Shown here: positions 49,084 through 60,311 of the stretch, one piece after another
Position numbering within the stretch: the first letter of the stretch is position 1
Layout: each line of letters starts with the position of its first letter
Source: Podarcis filfolensis
Lineage: Eukaryota
NCBI GenBank assembly: GCA_964270895.1
Contig: OZ185436.1
Length of the DNA stretch: 64,000 bases
Direction: 5' to 3' (one strand)
Made by a program: the position numbers and the translations under genes
Notes under the pieces: model-generated
The model's input: the letters and a program-made list of their open reading frames with translations, nothing else
The model's database searches: none
Told to the model about the DNA's origin: nothing

Positions 49084-52000
49084 CTGCAAAACAGAAAAAA
49101 ATACACGTCACAAGTTGTTTCATATGACTAACCAACTGCAGAAACCATGGAAAGGGAAACTCTGTCTAGTGAAAGGAAAGCTGGAGATACCAAGGTGGTT
49201 AGAATTTGCTGGCAAGCTACTGTACACTCTCACGATTTGGTAGGAGACAAGACACGCCTACCTCTTTCATTCTGAAGAATGCCATCCCAGTGAGTAGCGA
49301 GTCTGATCCAGCTTGGTGCTGCCGTCCAATCCGCTGTAAATCCAGCTGGTCAGCAACTTCCTGAAGGCCTCCCTGCAAGAGAGAAGAAATCAGACCTAAT
49401 CCACCTCACTTCTTGTCTTCTCTGCCTATGACAATTAGAGAGCTCACAGCATTTTACAAGAATTTCAAATCGAAGGCCAAGGGTTAGACTTGTATTTATT
49501 AATAAGGTTAACCTTGGACAAGAATTTATAGTTACTATACCAGCAAGCTTTAGAAACTACAGTACAAACACAGAGCTATCAAACAAGTTCAATTTTGCTA
49601 TCGGCATATCTTAATACACGCCTCAGGATTGGCATTTGCCTCCAAACTCAATTTGATCAACCCATGAGTCATAAATTTAAGTGAACAGTAATAAAAGTGC
49701 AGTTCACAAAATGTAAAACAAAACAAAAAAATTCTAGGTTGCCAGAGGCCAGTCGCGAACTTCTTTCAGAGTACCACATCAGATCACAGGAAGACTCCCT
49801 GTAACACTGGTGTGAAAACAGCTTGGTGAATGAGGCATATGTGCATGATTACTCACACAGAGCAAGGATCGAGTGCACACTTCTGCCATTTGTATTGAAC
49901 GACACCATGGTACAGTAGGTTGCCACTCACACAATGGTTGTTTATTGCAAGGAGTATGTGACACTGGTCATCAAATAGTAGGCCAGTAGCAGGGAACCAT
50001 TTTTCTGTGGGCCATATTAACAGTGGCTGAGGCTGAGTCAGTGTCAGCTCTTTTTCTCCATCATTGTTTTCCACACCCTATACCCATCTCTAAGAAAGCA
50101 TAAAGGCACCTTGGTTTTATCTGCTTTCAGCTGTCCCTAACCCCCAGTCTCTCTTTCTGTCCCTTCTTCAGCTCTATTCAACCCTCCATTGCAGTTACCA
50201 GCCCACACTCCCTCTCAATGCAAGGAAGATTCCCACACACACCCCTCATCTTGGCAAAGCTCATCTGCTCTGCTATCAGGGAGATTTGGTAGTCTGGTTA
50301 ATAGGAAGGAAGTGATGGAACACTGTGAAGAATTCTTATCTCATTATACATGACAAAGCCATTTTTCACCTTCTCACCCCTTGCTTTTTCCTGTAAGACC
50401 TATTGCAGTCGTTAAGAGTCGTCAACAGGCTCTTCACAGCTATCTGCCAATCACCCATTCCCACCACCCTTCTGAGTAATACCCCTCCCCACCTTCTCAC
50501 TATATAGAAGGATCTGGCAACTTCTGTTTCAAATTTTGCAATTACAGTAAAATCAAGTACTGTACCTTCAGGTTTTTGCAGCTCTTCATGAGGTACTTAA
50601 CGTCATATATAGATGGAAAGAAAAGGTTCAAGATATGAAAGAACTCATGTTCTTCTTCTGGAAGCCTTGAATCTGTCAGAAGTTTTACCATATAACCGAA
50701 GTCATAGCCACTGAGGAAGGAATTATGCAAAGACAGATCAACCAATGGTTTAAATGCATTATTTTCAAACCTGGTTGGTACTACTAAAATGCTGTTACTA
50801 GGAGATATCCTAGAAGCAGTTACTAAAAAGCACCTTGAAGCCAAGGTTATCATTATTATCAACATTAATTAACAGTACATGCTGAACGCTCAACTACTGC
50901 AGATTTCTGGCAGGGAAAGAACATTTCCCAAATAGGGTCTTTTTGGAATTCATAGTGAATCATGTACTTAATTTAATCAACCAGCAAGCACTTGAGTGCT
51001 GGTAGTTCTGAAAACTAAAAACAAGACAATGCTTCACAGAATTGTAGCATTGGAAGGACTCCAAGGGTCATCTAGTCAACCCCCTACAATGAAGGCATTG
51101 TTCTGCAGGGGGACGACTAATAAGCTTATATTTATTTGCAAAGGGCACAGAACAGAGATGCAGAAGACTACACTGTGGAGTCTTACTTTAGCACAAAGAA
51201 TTTCATCACCTTTCCCATCTCTCATAATTACCTCACTCAATAACCCGTTCAAGTTAAGGGGACTTAAGCAGAAGGGGAGGACGGAAAGCACTTGCTCCCA
51301 GCTTCTTTGTCAAAGGCCCCCAACTTAAGTTTTATGGGATATGCAAACTCTACAATCAAGCATAAATTTTTCACAACATAACGTAAAAGTGGCTAAATGT
51401 TAGAAGTGAAATGCTATTTGACAAACCTGTGAAATGAAAGCCACTTGACATTGTCACAGAGCACCACACCAGAGGTCATAAGTAGTTCAGCAAAATGCAA
51501 GGTATCAATCCCTTCTTCTTCATGCTTCTGAAACTGCAGTCCAGAGCTTGCAAGAAGGTCTATTGAATCTTGAGAATACATATCTTCCCTAGTGAGAAGA
51601 GCAAATAAATGTTATAGATCAGGTCTTCACTGTGCCTAAATGAATCAATGGAACTTTTATAATATTTATTTATAACCCTCCTTTTCTCCCAATGAGGCTC
51701 AAGACAGATTACAGATAAAAACAAAAACCACTAAAAACACAGGAAAAAAACCAATCATTTAAAAGCAATTAAATATTAATAGAATTAAAACTATATACAT
51801 ATATAAAATCAGTATAAAACATGGAAATTATTACAACAGAAACAGCACGACAGTAGCCCTTTCATTAAAAGAAGTCAATTCCCAAAAGCGTCTTGGAGCA
51901 AGAAAGTCTTAAACCCACCCCAACCCTGCTTCAGAAGGACAGCAAGAAGGGAGCCAGTCTTGCTTCTCTAGGGAAGGCGTTCCAAAGTCTGCGAGGAGCC

Positions 52001-54104
52001 ACCAAGAAGGCCCTCTCCCATGGCTCCACACAGCATGCCTGTGAGGGTGATGGGCCTCCCCCTAAGATATCAAAACCCAGGCAGGCTTGTATGAGGAGCA
52101 GCTGCTATCCCTGTGCAAAGTGAGAGCACACTTCCAGACTCTCCAGCATAAACTCCTCACTGGGGAATGAGAAAGGAAAGTCCACAAAGAAATAGGAGAT
52201 TGGGAGTGTGTAAGTACAAAGGCCCCAGAACATTTGAGTAAATGCAGGGCCACTATGTGTACTTTTACCATGAAAAATGCCAGCTTCTTGCCATATACTT
52301 GGGGTAAAAAAATGGAAGGCATTTTTGTTTTGACAATATTTTCCAGCTGGATAAAAAAGTATCTCCTTTAGGTTTAAAAACAATAAACATTTGCCTTGAA
52401 TTGTTTTTTGTGCTGCTTGTATGGCATATTTGCAAACTACCATGAGAAGCATGTAAAAGGCAATTCGTAAATTAAAAAGTTATAATGATACTTACAAGAA
52501 ATACTTTTTCCTGATTAGGGTGATGGGCCTGCTAAAGACTTAAAGCCCGAACAATTTGGCAATAATCCTAGGTTTAAAAGTGATTTTTAGTAACATTTTG
52601 ACAAAAAACCCATCGTTCTGTGCTGGCACATTGATTTGAAACATAACCCCTTCATATTGAGATGGGATTTTTTCCTAGCTGGCAAGCAGCTCTTCCTCCT
52701 ATGTGGGAACAACCTTTCAGAGAAAAACTGATTCACACATTCCCCAACTTTGAAGACTTACGTAAGATTGAACTTGAAGTTAAACTGCCATGTGTTGATC
52801 CCAGCAGGGTATTCGCCTTTCTCATTTGTGAAGGTCAGGCCTAGCTGGATGATTTTCAGCAGATCAACATTGCATCGGAGCAACTGATACTGATAGTCTA
52901 TAGAGCTGCGAAATTCACCTATTGGTCGAACAACCACCCCAGGAAACTCTGTGTCCTAGAAAAACAAAGAGAAGTCCAACCCAAACCTTGTAAGTTCTAT
53001 TCACAGATATAACACACACCAATGCAATAAACACCACAGACTATCTCCTGAATTCTGCACTTGCCGGCTTCCTGGCATCAGCGTCACGAAAAGTTAATTA
53101 AGCATGCATAAAATAATGCCTATAGCCAACTGCAGTTTCTCTTTTTGTGGCCCTTTTCCTTCTTTGGTGAAACATCTGCCCCCCCCCCAGCCATTCTAAA
53201 ATGGGAGATAGTGAGAGAATGCCTGCAGCACTACAACTGCATAGCCACTCCTCCCCCTGGATACAGAGGCACATGGTGATTCAGATGCCCTTGGCAGCTG
53301 TTTTTCCAGCCTGTTGCAGGCACTATCTGTGCACTATCTGCAAAGTGAATCCTTCATGTGCCATTGCCCCTGAATTCAACGGAAGGAGTAGAGATACAAG
53401 GTGACTGGGAGGGACAAGGGAATGAAGGACAACAGGAATGCAACAACAACAAAAAAAGGTTTTCTTCGCCTACAATTTAAACAATTTAAATTTAAACATT
53501 ACCAAACTTAAAACCATGGAGAGACCTGGTCTGAACAAAGACATTGGATTCTTATCTCATTATACATGACAAAGCCATTTTTCACCTTCTCACCCCTTGC
53601 TTTTTCCTGTAAGACCTATTGCAGTCGTTAAGAGTCGTCAACAGGCTCATCACAGCTATCTGCCACCACCCATTCCCACCACCCTTCTGAGTAATACCCC
53701 TCCCCACCTTCTCACTATATAGAAGGATCTGGCAACTTAACCTCATTGCAAAAGGAACTTTGTACTTGCTTATAGCTTCATCCCCTACAGCCCAAACCAA
53801 TGAAGCTAGGCATTTGCTCATCTGATATCTCAATCTGCATTAAGGACACTGAAAATCCTCCTAAATTTCATCAGGTGTTATATCACATCTACCAATTAGC
53901 TGAACACACTAATTTAAGCTATAATAACTCATTTGTCTACATATAAATCCTATATTTAGAAAGCTGAATACTGGAAGACATATTTACCATTGCGATGTAG
54001 CTGTAACTAAGAACTATTTCCCGAATTTTTCTCATTTCCTCTTCTAGATTATTTGCCCATACTTCGCAGATCACCTGACTGTTTTCTGCAAGTGCCGCTG
54101 GCAT
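48934..54104 (-). CDS. CNOT8: CCR4-NOT deadenylase subunit 8 (CAF1/POP2 family, DEDD nuclease), complete spliced CDS, 292 aa
   Basis: complement(join(48934..49083,49262..49372,50566..50710,51427..51588,52762..52955,53988..54104)) = 879 nt. Starts [31 protein letters not shown], contains DTEFPG and [11 protein letters not shown], and ends [12 protein letters not shown], which is CNOT8-type rather than CNOT7-type. Confidence 0.97.
49262..49372 (-). CDS. CNOT8: CNOT8 coding exon 5
   Basis: [37 protein letters not shown]. Confidence 0.97.
50332..50531 (+). mobile_element. Penelope-like element 3' fragment, copy A
   Basis: About 98% identical over about 191 bp to 53548-53738, which carries the Penelope ORF end. 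Confidence 0.75.
50566..50710 (-). CDS. CNOT8: CNOT8 coding exon 4
   Basis: [48 protein letters not shown]. Confidence 0.97.
51427..51588 (-). CDS. CNOT8: CNOT8 coding exon 3
   Basis: [53 protein letters not shown]. Confidence 0.97.
51660..52110 (-). mobile_element. L2 LINE 3' fragment
   Basis: Reverse complement of the L2-type tail (agggccttcttggtggctcc..ttggaacgccttccc), A/T-rich tail. Confidence 0.55.
52762..52955 (-). CDS. CNOT8: CNOT8 coding exon 2
   Basis: [42 protein letters not shown]. Confidence 0.97.
53490..53738 (+). mobile_element. Penelope-like element 3' fragment, copy B
   Basis: 53498-53569 translates [23 protein letters not shown], the GLNxDxGFLSHY-type C-terminus of Penelope GIY-YIG ORFs. 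Confidence 0.75.
53988..54104 (-). CDS. CNOT8: CNOT8 first coding exon (whole exon 53988-54170 including 5' UTR)
   Basis: [39 protein letters not shown], acceptor catatttag| at 54170. Confidence 0.96.
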
Positions 54105-56899
54105 CCTGAGGGATTTGCACCACAATCACAAGAGCAGGGTGGGAGCGCCAAGATGTCAAGATAAACCACCCTAAATATGTAGGGAAAATGACAAGTGCTT
54201 ATTCCAGCAAGATATTCATTTCAGAGAAAAACAGGGAGAAAAACATCAGGGACAGGGAGTCCAATCCTATACATGGTTACTTAGAAATAAGTCACAGATG
54301 GCAGAGTTCCACTCAAGACTTCCCCTTTCTCTCCCTGCATACCCTCAAAATCAGCTCTAGGGGCTCTCCCCAACCCCCAGATCAGATTCTGAGGGGAAAC
54401 AATAGCAAAGCTGTAGCCACTGTCTGGTGAGCAAGGTTATCAGTGGTTTATTACAGTATTTTGTATCTTCCTTAAGGGTATAAACACTAAAACGATTGCA
54501 TTTTCTACATTTGTGTTTTGCTGTTTCGAAACAGGCGTTTGTGTAATTCTTATACTGACTGGAAGACAGATCCGCTTTCTCCAGCAACACCCCAGAGACT
54601 ATGCATAAGGCTTGTGCCCTGGATCCTTGTAGACTGCAGCAACTAGAGACATACAGGACATACTCCTTCAAGGCTCCATATATTGGCCACAGGATGTTCT
54701 TTTTGAGCAGGCATTGTACACAATTCTGCCACAGCATGCACATTTTCCAGTGCATCTTGGATATTACAATTTAAATAGATCCATTCCACACAATGCAGGA
54801 ATTGGGCCTTGTTGTGGCACTTACCCTTTGAAATTTCCTCCTCTTGAATATTAAACAAGTCTTCAGTAGTCTTTTCAGTGACTACTGAAGACCTTCTTTC
54901 AACAGCCTTTTTAAGTTGAGATCTTTTCCAGTCTGATTTTGTGCATATCAGAACTGTTGTTAAGATATTTTTGAAGATATTTTTGCTGTTTTGCCTCTTG
55001 TTGTTTGCTGCCCAGGTTCCTCTGGAATGAAGGATACGATATAAAATTAGTAAATAAATATGCATCTTGACCAGAGAATGTTAAGATATGCACATTCCTA
55101 AAAGACTGGTGTTTTAAAAAAAGAAATTCAAAATGCACAAGGCATGCATTGCTGCTTCTGCCTCCTGAAAAAGTCCATTGAAAATCACTCTTATTTCTTC
55201 CCATGCAAAGGCAAAAGGCAAAGAACTTGGGAGAAGAATATTTATTTTGGGTTCACAGAACAGGGTTATTCAATGTGGCCAAGTTTGTGGGTGGCACCAA
55301 TTTCTTTTACAGTAGTGAACACCAAAACAGATCACAAAGCATTTCAAAAGGATCTTTCTGAATGGAGTGAAACAGCAACATAGGAATTGGCCTCCACAGT
55401 CACTTATGAACTCACTATTAAGACCATATTCATGGAAGACAATCTTACTCAGCTACAAGTGATCGCCAAAGAAGGAGGCGGCAAATGAAGTTGTTAAGAG
55501 TAGTATGATGAACTTTGGTGCAAAAAATATCAATTTCATATATATACCAATGGAGGCTGAACTGGTAATAACTACCCAGGAAAAAAATATTTCCATTTAG
55601 AAAAAGAAAGATGAAACATAATACAGGTTTATAAAAACTAAACACAGTATAGAGAAATCAGAAATAAAAACACATTTTTCCCTCTCTTGTAATACAGTAA
55701 CAGAATGTTAAACTATGGAATTCACTACCACAAAATTGGTGACGATATTTACTTCCAGTCTCAAGATCTAGTAGTAACTTGGCTTCCTCTCTTATGGTGC
55801 TATATTTCACACTATTTTGTCTAACCTTTTGACTATGAAAACTTTAGGCTTCTCAGAATTGCTTGTTGTGAAACAAGGATTTTGTTTTAAGCCTGCTGCT
55901 CTGAGTGTTCCTAAACACAACCAAGTGAACATTCTTTTCACTATTTTATATGAATCTGCCAGAATCTTTTTCTAAACCCAAGTAACCTTCAGTAAAATTA
56001 TCTGCCCTAAAAACCATGCCATTATTCTGAACATTCTTCTTGCATTTCCTTATTTATATTTGCTTTTCAGAGTAGCAGTAACAGTACTAAAAATGCATAA
56101 AAATCAACAGGATTTTTGCCTCACAAGTTTGAGAAGAACAATCTTTGCCTTCCTACAGATGCTTCAAACTGTGCTGTTTCCAAAATATTCTCTCTATGAA
56201 ACCCAAGTTATATCTTAGATATTAAGAACTTTCATTATGTATAATCATTTTTAACCCAACAGTCTTTAAAGAAAACCTCATGTAACAATCTCAAAATTCT
56301 TAAACTATGTCCACTAGTTCCAAGTATATTATTATATTTGTTAATTACGCTTCACCACGACACTCCAGAGTGTTACATCTAAAATAGGCAATACAATACT
56401 GTACAGTACATCATTTTAATCAGACTGTTCCGCCTCACCCAAACAGCAGGTAATACTGTTTACTGATCAATCTACTTCACATTCTGCTTTCAGTCAGTTA
56501 TACAAATCCAAAAAAGCAGGATTTCCAAATTATTCCAAATCATCCCTCAAACCCCTTTAACAAGGCAAACCACCCAGACATTTCTTTGCCAGAATTAGCT
56601 TCCTATGCTCCACCCCAGAAGTTAAGGAATATCTGTATTTTCTTGCAGCCTTTGCTCTCCCTCTTTGGTTTTCTCCTTGCCCTGGAAGCTTCCACCCCTC
56701 CAAGCATCACCCGCATCCAACACCCTCCTCCATTCGTTCACCAGTACTTTTCGGCTACTGTCTCAACTCCCCCGAGCGGGAATACAGACTGGAGTAAAAA
56801 AAAATACCAATTTTCTGCTTAAATGCGAGGCCTCCTTCGATCTCCGTAACAGGGAAGGAGGCCGGGGGTTAGAAATGTAAGGAAACAAGGACGAAGAAA

Positions 56900-57860
56900 C
56901 AAATCGGCTTAATAAAGAGCACAATATTCTTACACGCAAGAGAGTCTTTTGTCGCGACGAAATCTAGACCGACCTGGACTATGTGACTTCGCAGCAGAAG
57001 CCTCTCTCGTCCCTGATCCCTTCCAACAGAGAGGGAATATTCTCTCTCACGAAAGAAGCATTTGCAGGACAACTTGCGCGCGTGTGTGTTTCTCCGCCCG
57101 CCCCCCGCGATGCAAGAAAAACCTCTCCGCGCGGAAGTTTAGGCCCTCGCTTCTACGTGCCTTGCGCGGAAGGAGGAGGAGGAAACGACGACGCCACAAA
57201 CCTCTGAGGTGCTGGAGCCCCTGCTCTGCCTTCCCCACCTTGGGAGCTACGCAAGCGAGAACCGAGGGTTTGAAAAAAACACCACCCACAACCAGGAAAT
57301 CCGGTCAGCAAACAAAGGAGCTTTCCCGCCCGAGACCCTCCAGAGGCTCCTCCCCCTCCCCGCCCTCTCGACCCCCAACCTCTCCTCGCCTGGCCTAAGG
57401 CCTAAATGCGAGCCCAACGCCTCACCAGGAGCGCGGGGAAACCGAGCGCCGGGCCGTTGCTCCTTTCCGCCGCCTTGGTCTTCCTCTGGTGGGGTCCCTT
57501 CTAGGCTACCGATTTTCCATCGCTCGATGGTTTGCTGAGCTGGGCGTCTTTTTCTCTCTATCGCTCTGTTTTTCTCCCTACACGCATGCGCTCTAAGCGA
57601 GCCTTTCTGGGGCAGGAAGCATCCGGCTTTCCGTAAGAGACGCCGGAAAGAGGAAAGAGAGTGTTCACTTTTGCACGTGAACACTGCCTGCAGCGGCTCC
57701 TCCTCCCCGCTGTGTTCCAACTGCGCCTGCGCCTGGGAGGCGTTGGGTAAACCCAATGAGCAACGCGTGTCCTGTCGAAAGGGATGGCTGAGTTTTTTGT
57801 TTTATGCGTTATGGAGCAGGACTCAACGGCGGCAGAGCCCGCCCAGAAAGGAGGAGAGGC
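56900..57860 (-). promoter_or_regulatory. CNOT8 CpG-island promoter with probable non-coding first exon ending at 57426
   Basis: CpG-rich. NRF1-type ACGCATGCGC at 57582-57591 and TGCGCCTGCGC at 57722-57732, CCAAT at 57752-57756, and a minus-strand donor CTG|gtgagg at 57426/57425. Confidence 0.7.
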
Positions 57861-58140
57861 AGCTATGAAAGCGATCGAGCTGTTTTGTTTTGATTCTGGC
57901 AAACTCTGCTTCAGCAGTTGATGCAGCAATCCGAAAAGCACCCTGGTTTGGGAATAATAATAAGCCCCCTTGAACCCCGTGCGATTCATTCCCATAAGAT
58001 TTATTCCCGAGTGAGAATGCATGCTAATGCGCCATGACAGTAATGTTAAGCACACTTGAGACCTGGTTCTGGACTTTGAAGTAAATCCATTTCAGGTCAC
58101 TGGGAGTCATTCCCAAGTAATTGCATTACAGTCTTTAACC

Positions 58141-58770
58141 TGATACGGAAGGGGGGGCATGTCTTCTTCACCTTCTTCTTCGCTACAATATATCAATTTC
58201 TTTCCAATTGTCAATGTCAAAAGGGACTAAAATCTATAAAATTCATAGAAAATCAACGTGCCAATTTGCTCAATTTCTCTAGGACTCCATCACACCTCCC
58301 CTGTCCTCCATAATCCCTCAAACAAGGTGTCAAGACCCTAATCCTGTCAAATCACTCTGCCTCCAGGAAATGCCAGTACATGGACCATTGTCTTCTCATC
58401 AGGATGTGCTTATCTGCGCATATCTCCAGCTCTGCATATTCCCCCCTCCCTCCTCCATATGTTAATCCTGTGTAACCCAACCTCTTCTTAATGTATTCAT
58501 GATGTAATCTGTGTAACCCAACCTCTCTTTAATGTATTCATGATGTAACTGGGATGTATTTTGCACTGTATTCTGGGACATGGAGGGAAGTTTCAAAAGT
58601 TTATGTCACCCCTTTCTTGCGGTTCAATCTCGCCTTGAACCTGTTGCGCAATAAACGTGGATCTTCTGCAGCTTGCTCCTGTCTCCGGCTGAGCTCATTT
58701 TCCTCCGCAGGGACTAAGTCCGACGAGCTGGGTGGCTGAGCAGCCTCGCACCCAGATTTTTACCGTAACA
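58141..58770 (+). mobile_element. 5' LTR of an endogenous retrovirus / LTR retroelement (about 630 bp)
   Basis: Imperfect terminal inverted repeat TGATACGGAA...TACCGTAACA (8/10), AATAAA at 58650-58655, a tandem duplication in U3, and a PBS 2 nt after the end. Confidence 0.8.
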
Positions 58771-58772
58771 GA

Positions 58773-58790
58773 TGGCGCCCAACGTGGGGC
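58773..58790 (+). promoter_or_regulatory. Retroviral primer-binding site, tRNA-Lys1,2 type
   Basis: TGGCGCCCAACGTGGGGC, the 18-nt Lys1,2 PBS known from betaretroviruses, some lentiviruses and foamy viruses. Confidence 0.92.
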
Positions 58791-60178
58791 TTTGCGGTTC
58801 TCCTGTGTTGCTGACCAGGGGCCCTGAAATCTTCAGCCGGCACCGGGCCATTTTGCCTGGGAAGATCCTTTGGACCCCCGGCCATCTTCCGGGCGGTAAT
58901 CAAAGCCCCAGGAGTTCAGCCGGGGAGCAAAGAGGGATCCAGCCGGCTTATTCGTCGATCCCGGGATCATCATAGAAGACACGTGAGTATAAGGAAAAGG
59001 AAAAATCCAGTGCACTGGTGGGAAGGGGGTGGAAGTCTCCTGGCAACTGAATTCTCTGCCCTCCTCTCTATCGCTCCTTCTTGCCTTTCTCTTGGTCCGG
59101 TTAGTGAGAGAGACCGTGGACCGCTGCTCGACCCGAAAGGGGGGTTCTGAGCTCTATCTCTTAACTCTTAAACCCTCCAGCCAGCCGCACCAATTGGGAG
59201 CCCGAAAGTAAGACGGAGAGAGCCGACTTGAAAGACAGCCGACTCTCCGCAACGGGCATCTCAGTTGAAAGCAAGGGGTTGGAGCTCTCTTTCCGAACTT
59301 CCCTAGCGCCCGGCAAGGGGGCAGGAAGGGGTCTGGCTTTCTGTCTCAATCCCAGCCGCACTGGTCGGTGCCACGTAACACGTGTATCGTGCGTGAGCCC
59401 GCTTCCAAAAGCAAGGGGGATTTTCGGTTCAAAACTCTATCCAGGGATCACCCGATCTGGCACCGCACGGCGCGGGCGTTCAGTAGGGCCCCTTTTCCTG
59501 AGATTGTGACGATAGGTAGGAGGTTGCCAGGAGGGATAGCCCATGAGGAATTGGGCGGGATCGGCAGAGTGGAAAGGAACCCCAGGTTATTAAATAGGAA
59601 ATAGGAAAGGAATAGAAAAAGGAACCAAGTGGGTGGAGCTCGTTAAACCGTTAGGAAGTTGCCAAGCAACAAGGAAAAGGAAAACCCTAAATAGCCCCCT
59701 GTACAAGTTACCCAAATCCTAATCAACCCCTCTCTTTCTCCCTTCTCTATCCCAGACACCCCCCCCAAAAAAAGAAAAACAACAAAAAAGCAACAGCAGC
59801 AATGCATGCATATATAAAGGGGTACCCAGTCAACCAAGCGTTGTGAGCCCTGCCAGTTTGATTAACTGGTGGTGTGTTTGAAGAGGCAAGGAAGCTCATA
59901 AAACCATGTGGGACCTTCCTACTAATTTCACTTAATGAAGCCAAAGGAAGCGGCCCAACTCCTTGCGATAACCAACTAAAGAATGAGAATACATATGTTT
60001 ACATATTGTCTGTTATGTGTGTTGTCTGTTAATACATATATGAGAATATGTATGTTTACATGTTGTCTGTTATGTGTGTTGTCTGTTCCTTCTGTCTCTG
60101 ACAGACTGCCTTTCTTAAGTGTGCATAGTTTAAACTACAAGCTTGCTTCAAAATTTAAATCTAGGGAAGCCATGCTGG
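58791..60178 (+). mobile_element. ERV internal leader region (no recognisable gag), ends at an assembly gap
   Basis: Follows the PBS. GC-rich structured start, donor AC|GTGAGT at 58982/58983, 3' splice site ending at 59755, TGTCTGT-rich repeats typical of retroviral leaders. The right boundary is uncertain. Confidence 0.6.
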
Positions 60179-60311
60179 NNNNNNNNNNNNNNNNNNNNNN
60201 NNNNNNNNNNNNNNNNNNNNNNNNNNNNNNNNNNNNNNNNNNNNNNNNNNNNNNNNNNNNNNNNNNNNNNNNNNNNNNNNNNNNNNNNNNNNNNNNNNNN
60301 NNNNNNNNNNN
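60179..60311. other. Assembly gap (133 N) between the ERV leader and the tubulin tail
   Basis: N run. Confidence 1.

Noticed and set aside
56949-57756. ORFs of 149 and 169 aa at the CNOT8 promoter
   Set aside because: Stop-poor GC-rich sequence with low-complexity Arg/Pro/Gly translation.
58147-58162. GGAAGGGGGGGCA|TGT as a PPT plus an alternative LTR start at about 58160 (tandem provirus or internal LTR)
   Set aside because: The start at 58141 gives a much better inverted repeat with the LTR end (8/10), and nothing viral is visible upstream. Not fully excluded.
59982-59990. AATGAGAAT matching the sequence at the end of the tubulin A-tail as a TSD
   Set aside because: The motif is part of the leader tandem duplication and lies about 190 bp before the gap, so it is not at an insertion boundary.
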